From positions 137,764,001-137,828,000 of the forward strand of contig OX597815.1 of NCBI GenBank assembly GCA_951406725.2: a stretch of DNA of 64,000 nt, in the 5' to 3' direction. The notes under the pieces are model-generated. The model worked only from the letters and a program-made list of their open reading frames with translations, was not told where the DNA came from and searched no databases. This document shows positions 52,901 to 64,000 of the stretch, piece after piece. Each line of letters begins with the position of its first letter. The first letter of the stretch is position 1. The stretch comes from Octopus vulgaris. Its lineage: Eukaryota. The translations under genes were made by a program, and so were the position numbers.

Positions 52901-53794
52901 CAGCATGGAGAACAGACATAAACATTGATGATGATGGTGCTGTGTCCTATATCAACAACAAACCAATAATATCTTCCAGCAACACCTCGCAGACTGTCAC
53001 ACATTATTCACTCCATGCATCCACAAATTAGAATCACGACACTTCAAACAAAATTCAGAATACTCTCAAGTGAATCCACCATCATAATTAGAAAACATTA
53101 TCTTGTAGTTTATATTACTGTCAATAAAAGTGATTTGTTTCCCCAAATTCCTAACCAAAGATAAACCTCTGTACTTGGCTTTTGTTGAGATGGAAAAAGC
53201 CTTTGACAAGGTCCCCTGATCCCTTATCTGGTGATCAATTTGGAGACTAGGGATAGATGAGTGGTTGGTGAGAGCTGTACAAGTCATGTAAAGGGATGCT
53301 ATCAGTAAGGAATTCCAAGTATGATTTAATTCTTTATACGTAAACCTCATGGTAAGTGAGCTAGATAGAGTGATAAGGATGAGAGAAAATGATTGTAGGA
53401 GAGAGGATCAGACTGAATGGATAAAAATTTTCTTTGAATTCACTTCATAACAACAGAGAACTCTAAGGTAAAAACTGTCTATGTGGAAATTTCTAAGAGA
53501 TATGATAGATTAAAGATTAAGCCTTTTTAATCTATTAAAATGATAAAAATAGAATATGTATGTTTTTACTCTCTAGCTGATTTGAAATCAAAGATATTAG
53601 GGACATATCGATGTCCTTTGATGTCTTTTATAGCTGGTTTGAGTATCTGTACCTGGAGCAGGCCTGAACAAGGTTTTTGTGGAAAACTAGCAGTTGCTTC
53701 TTCAAAGAAATTTTCTTTCACTATGATGACATTGATGCTTTTCAAGAGAAAGGCAAGGGTGATTAAAGCTTGGCACCATAGATGAAAATTACAG

Positions 53795-53825
<31 letters not shown>

Positions 53826-53881
53826 TGTATGTATGTATGTATGTATGTATGTATGTATGTATGTATGTATGTATGTATGTA

Positions 53882-53924
<43 letters not shown>

Positions 53925-56900
53925 ATGTATGTATGTATGTATGTATGTATGTATGTATGTTTGTGTGTGTATATATATGTATGTATGTATATATATATAT
54001 AAATTTTAAGATTTAAAAATATGATAAAATCTTTATAAGATTTATCAAGTAGTCAGCGTGAAAAACCTCAAAAAGGGAAAAATTATAATTATTCCCTTTA
54101 AATATATTTATTTATATTAAGGGCATTAATACACATAAATGCCTCATGCTATGAGGGACTCTTAAAGTCAAAACTACCAGAAGAGTTTTGTTATAGGTAT
54201 AGAAATATACCATAAACAAGTATTAAAAAATGGAGAAAAAATGTTGAATCAGAAATAGATTTATTCAGTTTTGTAATAAGTCTATTTCTGATGCAACATT
54301 TTTTTCTATTTTTTTGAATCCCCCCAAAAGTTTGAATTATTTTTTTTTAACTCATTTTTTCTCCCCTATATATGTATATATATATATATAAGATGCTTCT
54401 ACCCACCAGAATTAATTTTTTAATAGTTATGTTAAACCAATATATTGGTTTTGGTATGTTTTTGTAAATGCTTTTTTTTTTTCTTTTTTTCCCTAGTATT
54501 TTATGCAATAACTTCACATTAATGGAAGATAAACAAGTTCTCTTTACTGATATAGCAGAAGGAGTTTCGGCATATGTGAGTAAATAAACTTAAACACTCT
54601 GCTTTACTTTTAATTTGCTAAAAATTCTATAATGGGGCAGTGTTCTTACATATTAAACTATTTCATTAAGAAAACTACAGAAATATAACAGTAATTTTCA
54701 AAACCTCAGATCTATGGGTATTTAGAGCTGTGTAATTAGTTGGGAAACATCTATGAAGAAAAGATAGCACCACCACCTTCTACTATGATTCACCAAGTCA
54801 AAGAAAATTGTATTAATTCACCAATTCCTCTCAAATTATTTTAGTCATGAGTAGTTTTAGAAATATTGCACAAATGCTTTGCATCTTAAGAGGCCAAGTA
54901 GGTCAGGCTGTATTTGAACTCAGAATTCAAGTTACCACAAGGCATCCAGTCAGAACCTCTTACAATTTCATCTACCATTGCCTTGGATTGGTATTTTTTT
55001 TACTAATCCCAAAAGGATGAAAGGCAAAATTTATTTTGGTAGAATTTGAATTCGGAGTGCATAGAGTTATGGTTGCCATCTACTTGTATTGCCAACTAGG
55101 CCAACAAGTCCTTTACCTTTTTTGTCTATTTCCTGATGAAGAGCAAGTGTCCAAAATATTAGACTTTCTGCTCTTCATAACATATTGAACATTCTGAAAA
55201 CTTTACTTTTCACTTATTGTTGTTCACACAGACTCTCACTTGTTTCCTCTGATTCTAGGATTTACTCACCATTGAAGTTAACATTCTTAATATCTGTTGC
55301 TTAGAAAAACACCTTTTGAATGGATTTGGTAGACAAAATCTGAAAGAAGCTCATTGTATATATATTTGTGTGTGTGTCTTAATATCGCATGATAGTTGTA
55401 AATGATTGTCACTGTCATACAAGCAGTTCATACAAGCAGTGTCGTTCATTTCTAATATTCTGTGAGAATATGTCTGATCATGGCAAATATTACCTTGCTT
55501 GGAAACAGGTGAGTGTTGGTAACTTGAAGAGCATCCAGCCAAAGAAAATCTATCTCAATTAACTCCATCTAACCCATGCAAGCATGTAAAAGTGAATATT
55601 AATGGTGATTATGGATAAAACGCCAAGGACATACGTTTTTAAAAAAAAGTTATTAGAACTCAGTGCAGTTTAATGAAATTAAACTTTGATTGTTGTTAGT
55701 TTTAGTAGTATGGGTAGAGAATCTATTTGTACCATTATTAATTAATATTTAACATTTTACAGTTAAGGCTAAAAAAAATTCTTTCAGTTTTTTGTTAACA
55801 ATAATGGTAATAATATAACTTGCTAAAGTATGTTAATATTATTCTTCAGGTCTACCATTTTCTTTTATATGATTTACAAGCCCGCGGTTATGTTAGACCA
55901 TTTTGTATGGCATATGTCTCACCTGACTCCAAGTAAGTACTGCTTCTTAATAGCTATATCAAGAATATTAGTTTCTTTTAGAATATTAGATTCAAATTTA
56001 GATCACAGGAGACCTACATTCCGTTTTTGTAAAGTGCCCTTATACAGTCTGTAGCCAAGGAAACAGTGCAGCTTGTTCAAGCACAGCATTCCTGATCCCT
56101 AGCACAAGTTCAATTCTATTACTGGCATTAAAATTTCACACTTACAACATCAATATAATTTATCCCTCTCCCCTTCTGAAAACCATATAACTACTAGAGA
56201 AATTGTTATTGTAGTTTAAGAAGGTTATATAGTAATCAGAGAAGGCCCTATCATTTTGAGGTTGCTAACATCAATATAAAACGATATGTCTCTAAAATTA
56301 CATCTGAATTTAAATATATTTTCTTTTGTATATTTAAATTTTTTCAAAAGAAACATATCCTTAAATATTCTGACCAAATATTTATTTTTCAGGAAACTGA
56401 TAACATTTTATAAAGAAATCCATAAAGCTTTTTCTAAAGTAAGTAATATTTCAAAATATTAAAAAAAATTAATCAACACTCATTAAATCTCCAAATTCAG
56501 TTAAAATATACATGATTTGTTTATTTTTAACATTTTAAATATAATGAAAAACAGGTTGTTTTTATTTCAAGTTTATTATCATTGTATAGAAACACTTGGC
56601 AAATGATATAGATCCCAGTTTGCTGAAACAGCATTCTTAACATTGACAGTAGACTGCGCAAATAAAAGCTAAGTGACTTACTTATAGATACAGTGCAATG
56701 TTGGTCTCAGATTATGTACCATCATTGTTTTAACTTCCACATACATACAACTGCACCTTTTCTACCAATCATCATCTCTCTCTCTGACTCTCTCTTCCAT
56801 TACCTTCATAACTGCAGTGTTCTGCTGCTGCAATTAAATGCATCATCTTGTTCTGTGATACCAGTTATCTTTCTCATACTGCTTTCCCTTCCCCCCATGT

Positions 56901-59663
56901 ATTTATCATCAACCTCTCTTCAACCCTTATTCTGCATTGAATTTGCTCCCCATCCCCTCACCCATTCTCCATCTCTAATCATGCCTTGCTCTTCTGATAT
57001 ACTCTTTCAACGTCTACCCTCTGTCACTCACTGTTCTTCTGTCCCCACTCACCTCTTTTCACCTTCTTGTACCTTCAGAGTCCTCCCTGACACTTTTTAT
57101 TTCCACTGTTTAACCTTGCTCTACTCTGGTTACTCCCATCCATACTTCTATAATATGAGTAGCTATGTTGTTCATCCACCGCAAGAAACCTGTTCTGGCC
57201 TCTTCTTTCATGCTTTAATCTCTCATCTTATTGCATGAAGCAGCTTTCCTCTATTGTAGCCCCATTCATTCATTGAAAGGGGATCTTAGTCCTGCAAGCT
57301 GTATGGCAACCTCACTTGTACTGATGCTATGAAAAAAAAAGCACCCTTTACACTCTGTAAAATGGTTGGTCTCAGGAAGGGCATCCAGCCATAGAAACCA
57401 TTCAAAAGCTGACATTGGAGCATTGAACTTGTTGCATCTTGTAAAACTGTCCAACCTATGCCAGTATGGAAGATGGATGATAAAAGATAATCTTGATTGT
57501 GATGATGATGATGATGATAAAGATGATGGGAGAAGGAGGGGTGGGGAGAACAGTTTTAATGAATGAAGAGTGAATAACATGTGAGATGATTCAGGGCAGT
57601 AAGAAAAGTAAGTGGTATCAAGAAGAACTGAAGATGTTGAGGTGATGGAAGTATCTTGGGAGGATGAAAATTTGACCAAGGGTCCAGTTGTACACATGCA
57701 TGTACACGTACACACACACACACACACAGCTCAAACATAACTTCAGTTTCACTGAGGCGGGTAGGTCCTCTTGAAAGCTGCATGTTGCCAGTCATACCAG
57801 TCCTTTGTTGTCACCTCTGTCATCACTTCATCTCATTTCTTGGACCTCCTGTTTCTGCAAGCTTTATTCGCATCATAATCAGTAATTTTTATATAGCTGC
57901 CCTCATCCATATACATTTCATAACCATACTAGTACAGTCTTCTTTCTTGCACACTACATTTGATTCCTCTTGTGCCTAGTTTTTCTCTCAGTACATTTAT
58001 ACTATGTCACTGATGCACATTTACATTGCACATCCAATGGACCATGTGTGCTTCATTTCTTTCCAATCTTCTCAAATCCTTTGCATACAGGGCCCATGTC
58101 TCACTATCATTTAGCATCACAGTTCTAACACAAGCATAATACAATCTGCCCTTTACTCTGTTGTCAGCAGTAATAGAAGCTTCCTGAATTTTCTCTAACC
58201 CATTCTTACTCTAGCTACTATACTTTCATCTCTTAGGTAACAAAAGCTATCAACCACTTCTAATGAGCTATCTGAGCATGTAGGAGAATCTTCTGATGCA
58301 TTCACAGGATGTACTGCTCCAGTGTATCTATCACATATGATGCTTACTTTCTCTGATTGCCAGCCCGTGATTCCACTACGTATGTGTCCATGGCTTACAT
58401 TGCATGCAGCAAATGGAATTTATGTTTGTTCTTCTCTACATTTTGGATACGGTCATTTCCCTGGAGGTTCCAAGATCCTGTCTGCTTTCTTACTTAGTAA
58501 AACCTTTGTGTTTGCTAGGTTTACTTTAAAACCTCTTGATTCTATATTTTCAAACCTCATAAAAATTAACAATCCAATTCATAGAGCATAATATATGAAT
58601 ATTTCATAGGCACAAATTTAATTTGAAACAGTTAAAAAAATATTGTATTGTATTTCCTTGGTAAAGAGTAAATTATGCATACAAACTTTTCAACATTATT
58701 TTTAAATGGATAATACAATGTACATTGTGTATATGTTGTTGTCTGAGAATGATAAGGGTGAAAGTTTGTGTGAGACAGAGACAGAATGAGCAAGCTCACC
58801 ACACCATTGCAAGCAGTCTTATACAATTTGTTTTTTTAATCCTCTCTGTTTTACCCATGAGTTCTTGGACCCAGATTTTTCACTTCATATGTTATTTTGA
58901 GATGATTTTGATTTGTTTAGATTATGGAAAAATTTCTTTGAGAACTAGTTACTTATCAAGACAAGTAGATAACACTGAGTTCCTACTATCTTTCTAACTA
59001 CTTGTTTCCCTCATTCCATTGTAAACTATGTGACTATCTCACATTGCTACTACTTCCTACTCTTTTTCTGATCATACTTTTAACAAAATTGTCGCCCAAC
59101 TAATTAACAAAGATAAAATTTTCCCACTAAGCATGAAAATTCATCTCTGAAAATTATCTCTCCTTTTCTTGGAGCGGATCCAAGAATTACCACTATATTT
59201 TTGTTTTTTCTCCCAAAATAAGAGGTAAATTTCAATTCATTTAAAGATTTTTGCATACATCATTCAGTACATCACCTTTCTGAATTATTTCAAGTTAAAT
59301 TTGTTTCCATTTCATTATGTATAATCATAATAATAAATACATATATTATATGCAAAAGTAATCTATACTTCATGCTACAAATTCACCACCCTTATTATCT
59401 CCAGCCATTCATAATCTTATAAAAATATCCTTATATTCTGATAAAGTCAGTTTAGTTTCTTTGGCATGTATTTATCTTTTACACAAACTCCCTTTCCTCT
59501 TTGTCTCTGACCAGATATTTGTTCTCTCATAACTTCTCTCAAATTTTCTGTGCTCACATGTTTCTGTTTTACATTAAGATTTCTAGTGATTTGAAGATAG
59601 AAAATTTGAAATTGTTTGCTCTGGAAATGAGTCATCAGCTGCAGGATCTCGAATATAGTTTGA
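49755..59663 (+). CDS. SMCR8: SMCR8 (C9orf72-complex subunit, longin/DENN family), 5' part; exons 49755-49946, 51987-52075, 54497-54575, 55850-55932, 56393-56438, 59579-59663; incomplete at 3' end
   Basis: Blocks DFVMVTEFSELEGPKPL, FDINAFAVKIMSVD, EDKQV...EGVSAYV, LYDLQARGYVRPFCMAYVS, LKIENLKLFALE...LQDLEYS match the SMCR8 N-terminus; consistent phases. Confidence 0.93.
51987..52075 (+). CDS. SMCR8: SMCR8 exon (89 bp)
   Basis: ttatag|FVQPSEGIGHFDINAFAVKIMSVDHQPPK|gtaagt. Confidence 0.9.
52218..52437. mobile_element. piggyBac-type MITE, family B (220 bp), nested in an older repeat
   Basis: TTAA TSDs at 52214-52217 and 52438-52441; close copy of 5950-6169. Confidence 0.9.
53140..53310 (+). 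mobile_element. RTE RT fragment
   Basis: DKPLYLAFVEMEKAFDKVP...LGIDEWLVRAVQ. Confidence 0.75.
53796..54000. repeat. Compound microsatellite (TATG)n(TG)n(TA)n
   Basis: Direct reading. Confidence 0.97.
54497..54575 (+). CDS. SMCR8: SMCR8 exon (79 bp)
   Basis: ccctag|ILCNNFTLMEDKQVLFTDIAEGVSAY|gtgagt. Confidence 0.9.
55850..55932 (+). CDS. SMCR8: SMCR8 exon (83 bp)
   Basis: cttcag|VYHFLLYDLQARGYVRPFCMAYVSPDS|gtaagt. Confidence 0.93.
56393..56438 (+). CDS. SMCR8: SMCR8 exon (46 bp)
   Basis: tttcag|KLITFYKEIHKAFSK|gtaagt. Confidence 0.85.
57760..58550 (-). mobile_element. Decayed RTE LINE ORF fragment
   Basis: Minus-strand remnants such as LEVVDSFCYL, VRMG.RKFRKLL and ETWAL; boundaries approximate. 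Confidence 0.6.
59579..59663 (+). CDS. SMCR8: SMCR8 exon (85 bp)
   Basis: attaag|ISSDLKIENLKLFALEMSHQLQDLEYSL|gtaagt (AAG acceptor). Confidence 0.85.
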
Positions 59664-59790
59664 GTAAGTATCTTCAATTTTTCTTTTCTTTTCTTTCAAG
59701 TTAGAAATGCTTTATAGTGGGACATTTTTTTTTCTGTTTCTTTTGTACTTATTTTTATTCCCAAGTGAATCTATGTCAATTATACTTTAA

Positions 59791-60008
59791 CCCGTTAGCA
59801 TTTAAACCAGCCATAATTAGCTCAAATATTCAACTTAATTTATGTTCAAACTGTTTATATCCAACCTCTCAAACCAATTCTTCTATGTCACTACAAATAA
59901 GCAATCATATCATCAACATCTCACTGCTACAAGATACTGCATGATTAATTCAAAACAATATGAATAAATAAGTATTACATTTGGCAGGGTAAACTGAATG
60001 CTTAAGAG
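59791..60008. mobile_element. piggyBac-type MITE, family A, inverted
   Basis: TTAA|CCCGTTAGCATT...AATGCTTAAGAG|TTAA. Confidence 0.8.
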
Positions 60009-62018
60009 TTAAAACCAAATGCAAAATGCCTTTTGGTGGAAACATATTAGAATGAAAGTTAATGTAAAAATATTGACATGAAAAAAAATCAGTATCAGAA
60101 ACTTGCCACAAGGCAAGTGCACAGCAGGAGAGATCTTCAGAGGAAGAACTCCCACCCAACAAGTGTTTCAGCCCTTATTCCTGACACTCTGTGGGAGCCG
60201 GGCCCACCCAGATCATGGTTCCTAGGTGTCCTCTTGCTGCTTTCCAAAATCCTGTCTCAAGCAGGATTCAAACCTGGGTCATTCTTTTTCTGATCTGTTC
60301 CCAGGTCTGTGTTTCCAACAACTATGCCACACTGATCATCAAAGTAATTAGTTCTCTTCTTCCTTATATTTACTGTAAATAACCAATGGAATCTATAACT
60401 TGATCTATTGATCATTTTTCTTTACCCATATCCACACTGAGCTCTTTTCAACAACATTGGACAAGCATTTGATTGTGGCAGTTCTTCTGTGTCCTTTGAT
60501 ACCCAACTGTCTGAATAGCTGGTAGGTTGAAGTGGCTATGAATCCTTGGCGCTCCAATTAACATTCTTTTCTCCCCCACTTTTTTTTTGTATTTGTATTT
60601 CCCCCATATTGATTCATGCTAATAATACAAACTATCATCTGTTTCTTAGTAATTTGCTGATTATTTTTTGCTGAACAATTCAGTTGATTTATTGCTTCAA
60701 CTTGAAATCTTAGTGATTATCATACATAGATTTCTTTCTGGGTTCAGTTAAGACTGGATGTAGACAAACAAGTGGTTGTGCATCAAATGTGTCAAGATTG
60801 ACGATCTCATTGTATATTCCAAGACAATGGATCTTCTTGACCACTGCTAATTATATCTTTTTGTCTCTTTTTCTATTAAACCTCATAACTTGCAACCACT
60901 TTTAAGCTGAACACAAAGCTCTAAATGTCTGCTAAACTTTATATACTGTGCACTGGTAATATTAGTTACTATTATGAGCCGTCATCTTAAATGTTTACAG
61001 TGTATCCTCTCATGAAAACATGGTATTTATCATCATCATCATTGTTTAACATCCACCTTCCATGCTAGCATGAGTGGGATGGTTTCACAAGAGCCAGTCA
61101 GGCAGAAACCTGCACCAGACTTCTGTGAGTGTTTTGACAGGATTTTTACAGCTGGATGCCCTTCCTAATACCAACTACTCAGCGGAGTGGACTTAGTGCT
61201 TTTTACATGGCACAAGCACAGGCAATATCAGCTTTGGCAATTAAAACCTTAACAGATAATAATATCAAAATACAAAGATAACTTATTTCACTACACTGTT
61301 AATCCTACAACTAAAATGCCTCTCTGAAAGTCTGACGTTCTTAAAACTATAACTTTGTCTCAAAGAATTTAGGCTTTCATTACCTTCATCATCTTCACCA
61401 CTATCATCAATACCATCGCATCATTATCATCATCATGATTTTACATCTGCTTTTTTATCAACCATTAATATTATAATTTTTGGAGTTGTTAACCCTATTT
61501 TTGGAGATAGAAATGTGTTTGATATTCACATCTACACTGTTTTGATTGGCACAGATATTGCTATAGGTGTAGGTTTGGTATTAGGTGCAGATATGGCTGT
61601 GTGATTAAAAAGCTTGCTTTTTAACCATGTGCTCTCAGGTTCAGTTCCACTGCATGTACATTGGGCAAGTATATTCTAACCGAAGCCAAGCTAACCTAAG
61701 CCTTTCTTGTCAGTGGATTTTGTAGGTAGAGGCTAAAAGAAGTCCATCATATGTGGTGCATTCTTGACTTGACATCATGTAATGATTGTAAACAAGCATC
61801 TCCAACATACAAGTAGTGTTGTTTATTTCTCATTCTTACATGAAAAATATGCTTGGCCATGGGGAAATATTACTTTACTTCAAAACAGGTGAGGATTGGC
61901 AACATGAACAGTACTCAGTCATATAAGATATGCCTCAACAGATTCTGTCTGACCTATGCAAGTGTAGAAAAGTGAACATTAAATGATGATGATGATAACT
62001 ATGTTCTGATTGGCTTAT

Positions 62019-62233
62019 TCCTATGGCATTCAAACTGGCCATATTCAGCCAAAATATCTAACCTGTTATATGTTTAAACTGGCTAGATCTGGCCTCTCAC
62101 CTCAACCCTACAATGTCATTCTAAAATTAAACAATCACATCACTGAAATCTGTAAACTACGAGATAATGCATGATTAATTCAAAACAATATAAATAAATA
62201 AATATATTTGACAGTGTAATCTGAATACTAAAG
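62019..62233. mobile_element. piggyBac-type MITE, family A, inverted, decayed ends
   Basis: Internal similarity to the reverse complement of 2837-3056. Confidence 0.72.
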
Positions 62234-62235
62234 TG

Positions 62236-62397
62236 TACACCTGATATCCCACACTCCATATGCATGCACACATGTATATCATGACTCATACACTGTTCAC
62301 TTTCCTGACTTTTGTACATAATTCTATGTACTGTACATGCACCTTTAATGAGTTGTAGTGCACCTGAGCACTATACACAATAATTTCATCATTATTA
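62236..62397 (+). mobile_element. CR1 3' UTR fragment
   Basis: Near-perfect reverse complement of 44434-44595. Confidence 0.88.
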
Positions 62398-62779
62398 CCG
62401 GGTTTGATTTCAACTAGAGAACTTCATTTCTAAACTAATGTTAACAATATCCTTACCTATAAAACCAGTGACGCAAATAAATGCATCACGAAATAAGAAA
62501 CATGATCAGTATAGATGTAAAGAGTGTAAAAAGTGTTCATTTCTAATAATGAGGTTAGGAAAATTATAATCTCGTTGTCAACTGATCTTATTAATTTAGA
62601 CATTTAATCTCAATCATTGGACTGTGGCTTTGAACATTTAACATTACTCATTCCAGTTTTCTTAACTGATGTCAGCTCAGTCACACAGGTCATGTTGGAG
62701 CATATGTATATCTTCATTTCTCTTGATTTCAAGCATCACCTTTTGTCATTAATGCCAAACCAGCTCTAACAAGTGGACA

Positions 62780-63017
62780 CATATATTTCTTTATTGCCCA
62801 CAAGGGGCTAAACACAGAGAGGACAAACGAGGACAAACAAACGGATTAAGTCGATTACATCGACTCCAGTGCATAACTGGTACTTAATTTATCGACCCCG
62901 AAAGGATGAAAGGCAAAGTCGACCTCGGCGGAATTTGAACTCAGAACATAACGGCAGACGAAATACGGCTACGCATTTCGCCTGGCATGCTAACGTTTCT
63001 GCCAGCTCGCCGCCTTA
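62780..63017 (-). mobile_element. Young full-length tRNA-derived SINE with TSD
   Basis: Minus strand GGCGGCGAGCTGGCAGAA head, GAGTTCAAATTCC B box, Meta-domain-like core GCCTTTCATCCTTTCGGGGTCGATAAA; direct repeat AACAAGTGGACA at 62768-62779 and 63018-63029; CpGs intact. Confidence 0.9.
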
Positions 63018-63235
63018 AACAAGTGGACATATAATCAATGATGTTCCAATGACGTTCTGTACATTTTGGTACTCTAATATCACTCTTCTGTACTGTTACC
63101 CATCACTCTCTTTCCATCAAGATATTCATTATTGACATTCTCACTCTCTTTTACTATCTCCCATCCTTATTAGTCATTTGCTCTGTCTTGATGTCCATCA
63201 CATTGCTCTTACCATTTCCCATCTCTATTACTTGG

Positions 63236-63698
63236 GGCAAGTGAAATCGGAATCGAAATTGAACCAATCCTATGACTGGCACCCGGCAGATGCCAGGACC
63301 CCTGGACTGGAGATACGTAAAAAGCACTATCCGAATCGTGGCCGATGCCAGCGCCGCCTCGACTGGCTTCCGTGTCGGTAGCATGTAAAAAGCACCATCC
63401 GAATCGTGGCCGAAGCCAGTGCCGCCTCAACTGGCTTCCGTGCAGGTGGCACGTAAAATGCACCTATCCGACCATGGCCGATGCCAGCCTCGCCTGGCAC
63501 CAGTGCAGGTGGCACGTAAAAAGCACCCACTACACTCACGGAGCGGTTGGCGTTAGGAAGGGCATCCAGCTGTAGAAACATTGCCAGGTAAGACCGGAGC
63601 CTAGTGCAGCCTTCTGGCTTCCCAGATCCCCGGTCGAACCGTCCAACCCATGCTAGCATGGAGAACAGACGTTAAACGATGATGATGATGATGATGAT
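63236..63698 (+). mobile_element. Young RTE-tail element with 63-68-bp tandem units and (GAT)n tail
   Basis: GTAAAA(A/T)GCAC recurs at 63317, 63385, 63453, 63516; tail shared with the RTE at 46120-46840. Confidence 0.88.
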
Positions 63699-63889
63699 TA
63701 CCATCCACCTTTCTCTTACTGTCTCTTATCAGCAGATATCTAGTCACTATCACTCCTTTCCATTACTCCCTCCTCTACCATCCTCTTACCCCAATCACTC
63801 AGTTTCTCTCATCATACTCCTTTTTCTTTCATGCTCTCATCCTGATTCTTCTATTAATGCTCTGTCTGTCTATTTCTTTCTCTGTTGGC

Positions 63890-63914
63890 CTGTCTGTCTG
63901 TCTGTCTGTCTCTC

Positions 63915-63959
<45 letters not shown>

Positions 63960-63968
63960 GTCTGTCTG

Positions 63969-64000
<32 letters not shown>
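63890..64000. repeat. (TCTG)n/(TC)n microsatellite
   Basis: Direct reading. Confidence 0.97.

Noticed and set aside
53782-54016. ORFs reading MYVCMYVC...
   Set aside because: Translations of the (TATG)n/(TG)n microsatellite
56693-57238. 181-aa ORF inside an SMCR8 intron
   Set aside because: Pyrimidine-rich low-complexity DNA depleted of stops by composition, with a non-ATG start and no recognisable motif
62900-63017. tRNA gene suggested by A and B boxes
   Set aside because: No cloverleaf; it is the head of a multi-copy SINE
63300-63530. CRISPR-like look of conserved repeats with intervening sequence (also 30690-30950 and 46440-46690)
   Set aside because: Intervening sequences are homologous to each other, the array lies in a eukaryotic retroelement tail, and no cas genes are present

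Overview
AT-rich, intron-rich eukaryotic DNA dense in SINEs, LINE fragments, MITEs and microsatellites. The repeat content suggests an octopus or other cephalopod genome (inference). Most ORFs in the supplied track are spurious. Three spliced genes can be reconstructed from GT-AG boundaries with consistent phases. (1) Tctex1-type dynein light chain DYNLT1 on +, exons 2-5 at 11689-16452, first exon not found. (2) A complete 11-exon CCDC174 on -, 34652->16721, about 559 aa, tail-to-tail with DYNLT1 with only 268 bp between stop codons. (3) The 5' part of an intron-rich SMCR8 on +, 6 coding exons at 49755-59663, continuing beyond what I can resolve. Mobile DNA includes a full-length but disabled mariner, a decayed maT/DD37D-like element, two ~220-bp TTAA (piggyBac-type) MITE families, a hAT MITE with an 8-bp TSD, RTE and CR1 LINE fragments and tRNA-derived SINEs. 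The most unusual signals are RNA-structure-like. They are a tandemly reiterated hairpin/A-tract/pseudoknot motif in a retroelement tail, decayed hammerhead-like motifs, fold-back insertions sitting inside (TA)n tracts, and a small inverted-repeat cassette enclosing telomeric repeats. None is proven to be a novel system.
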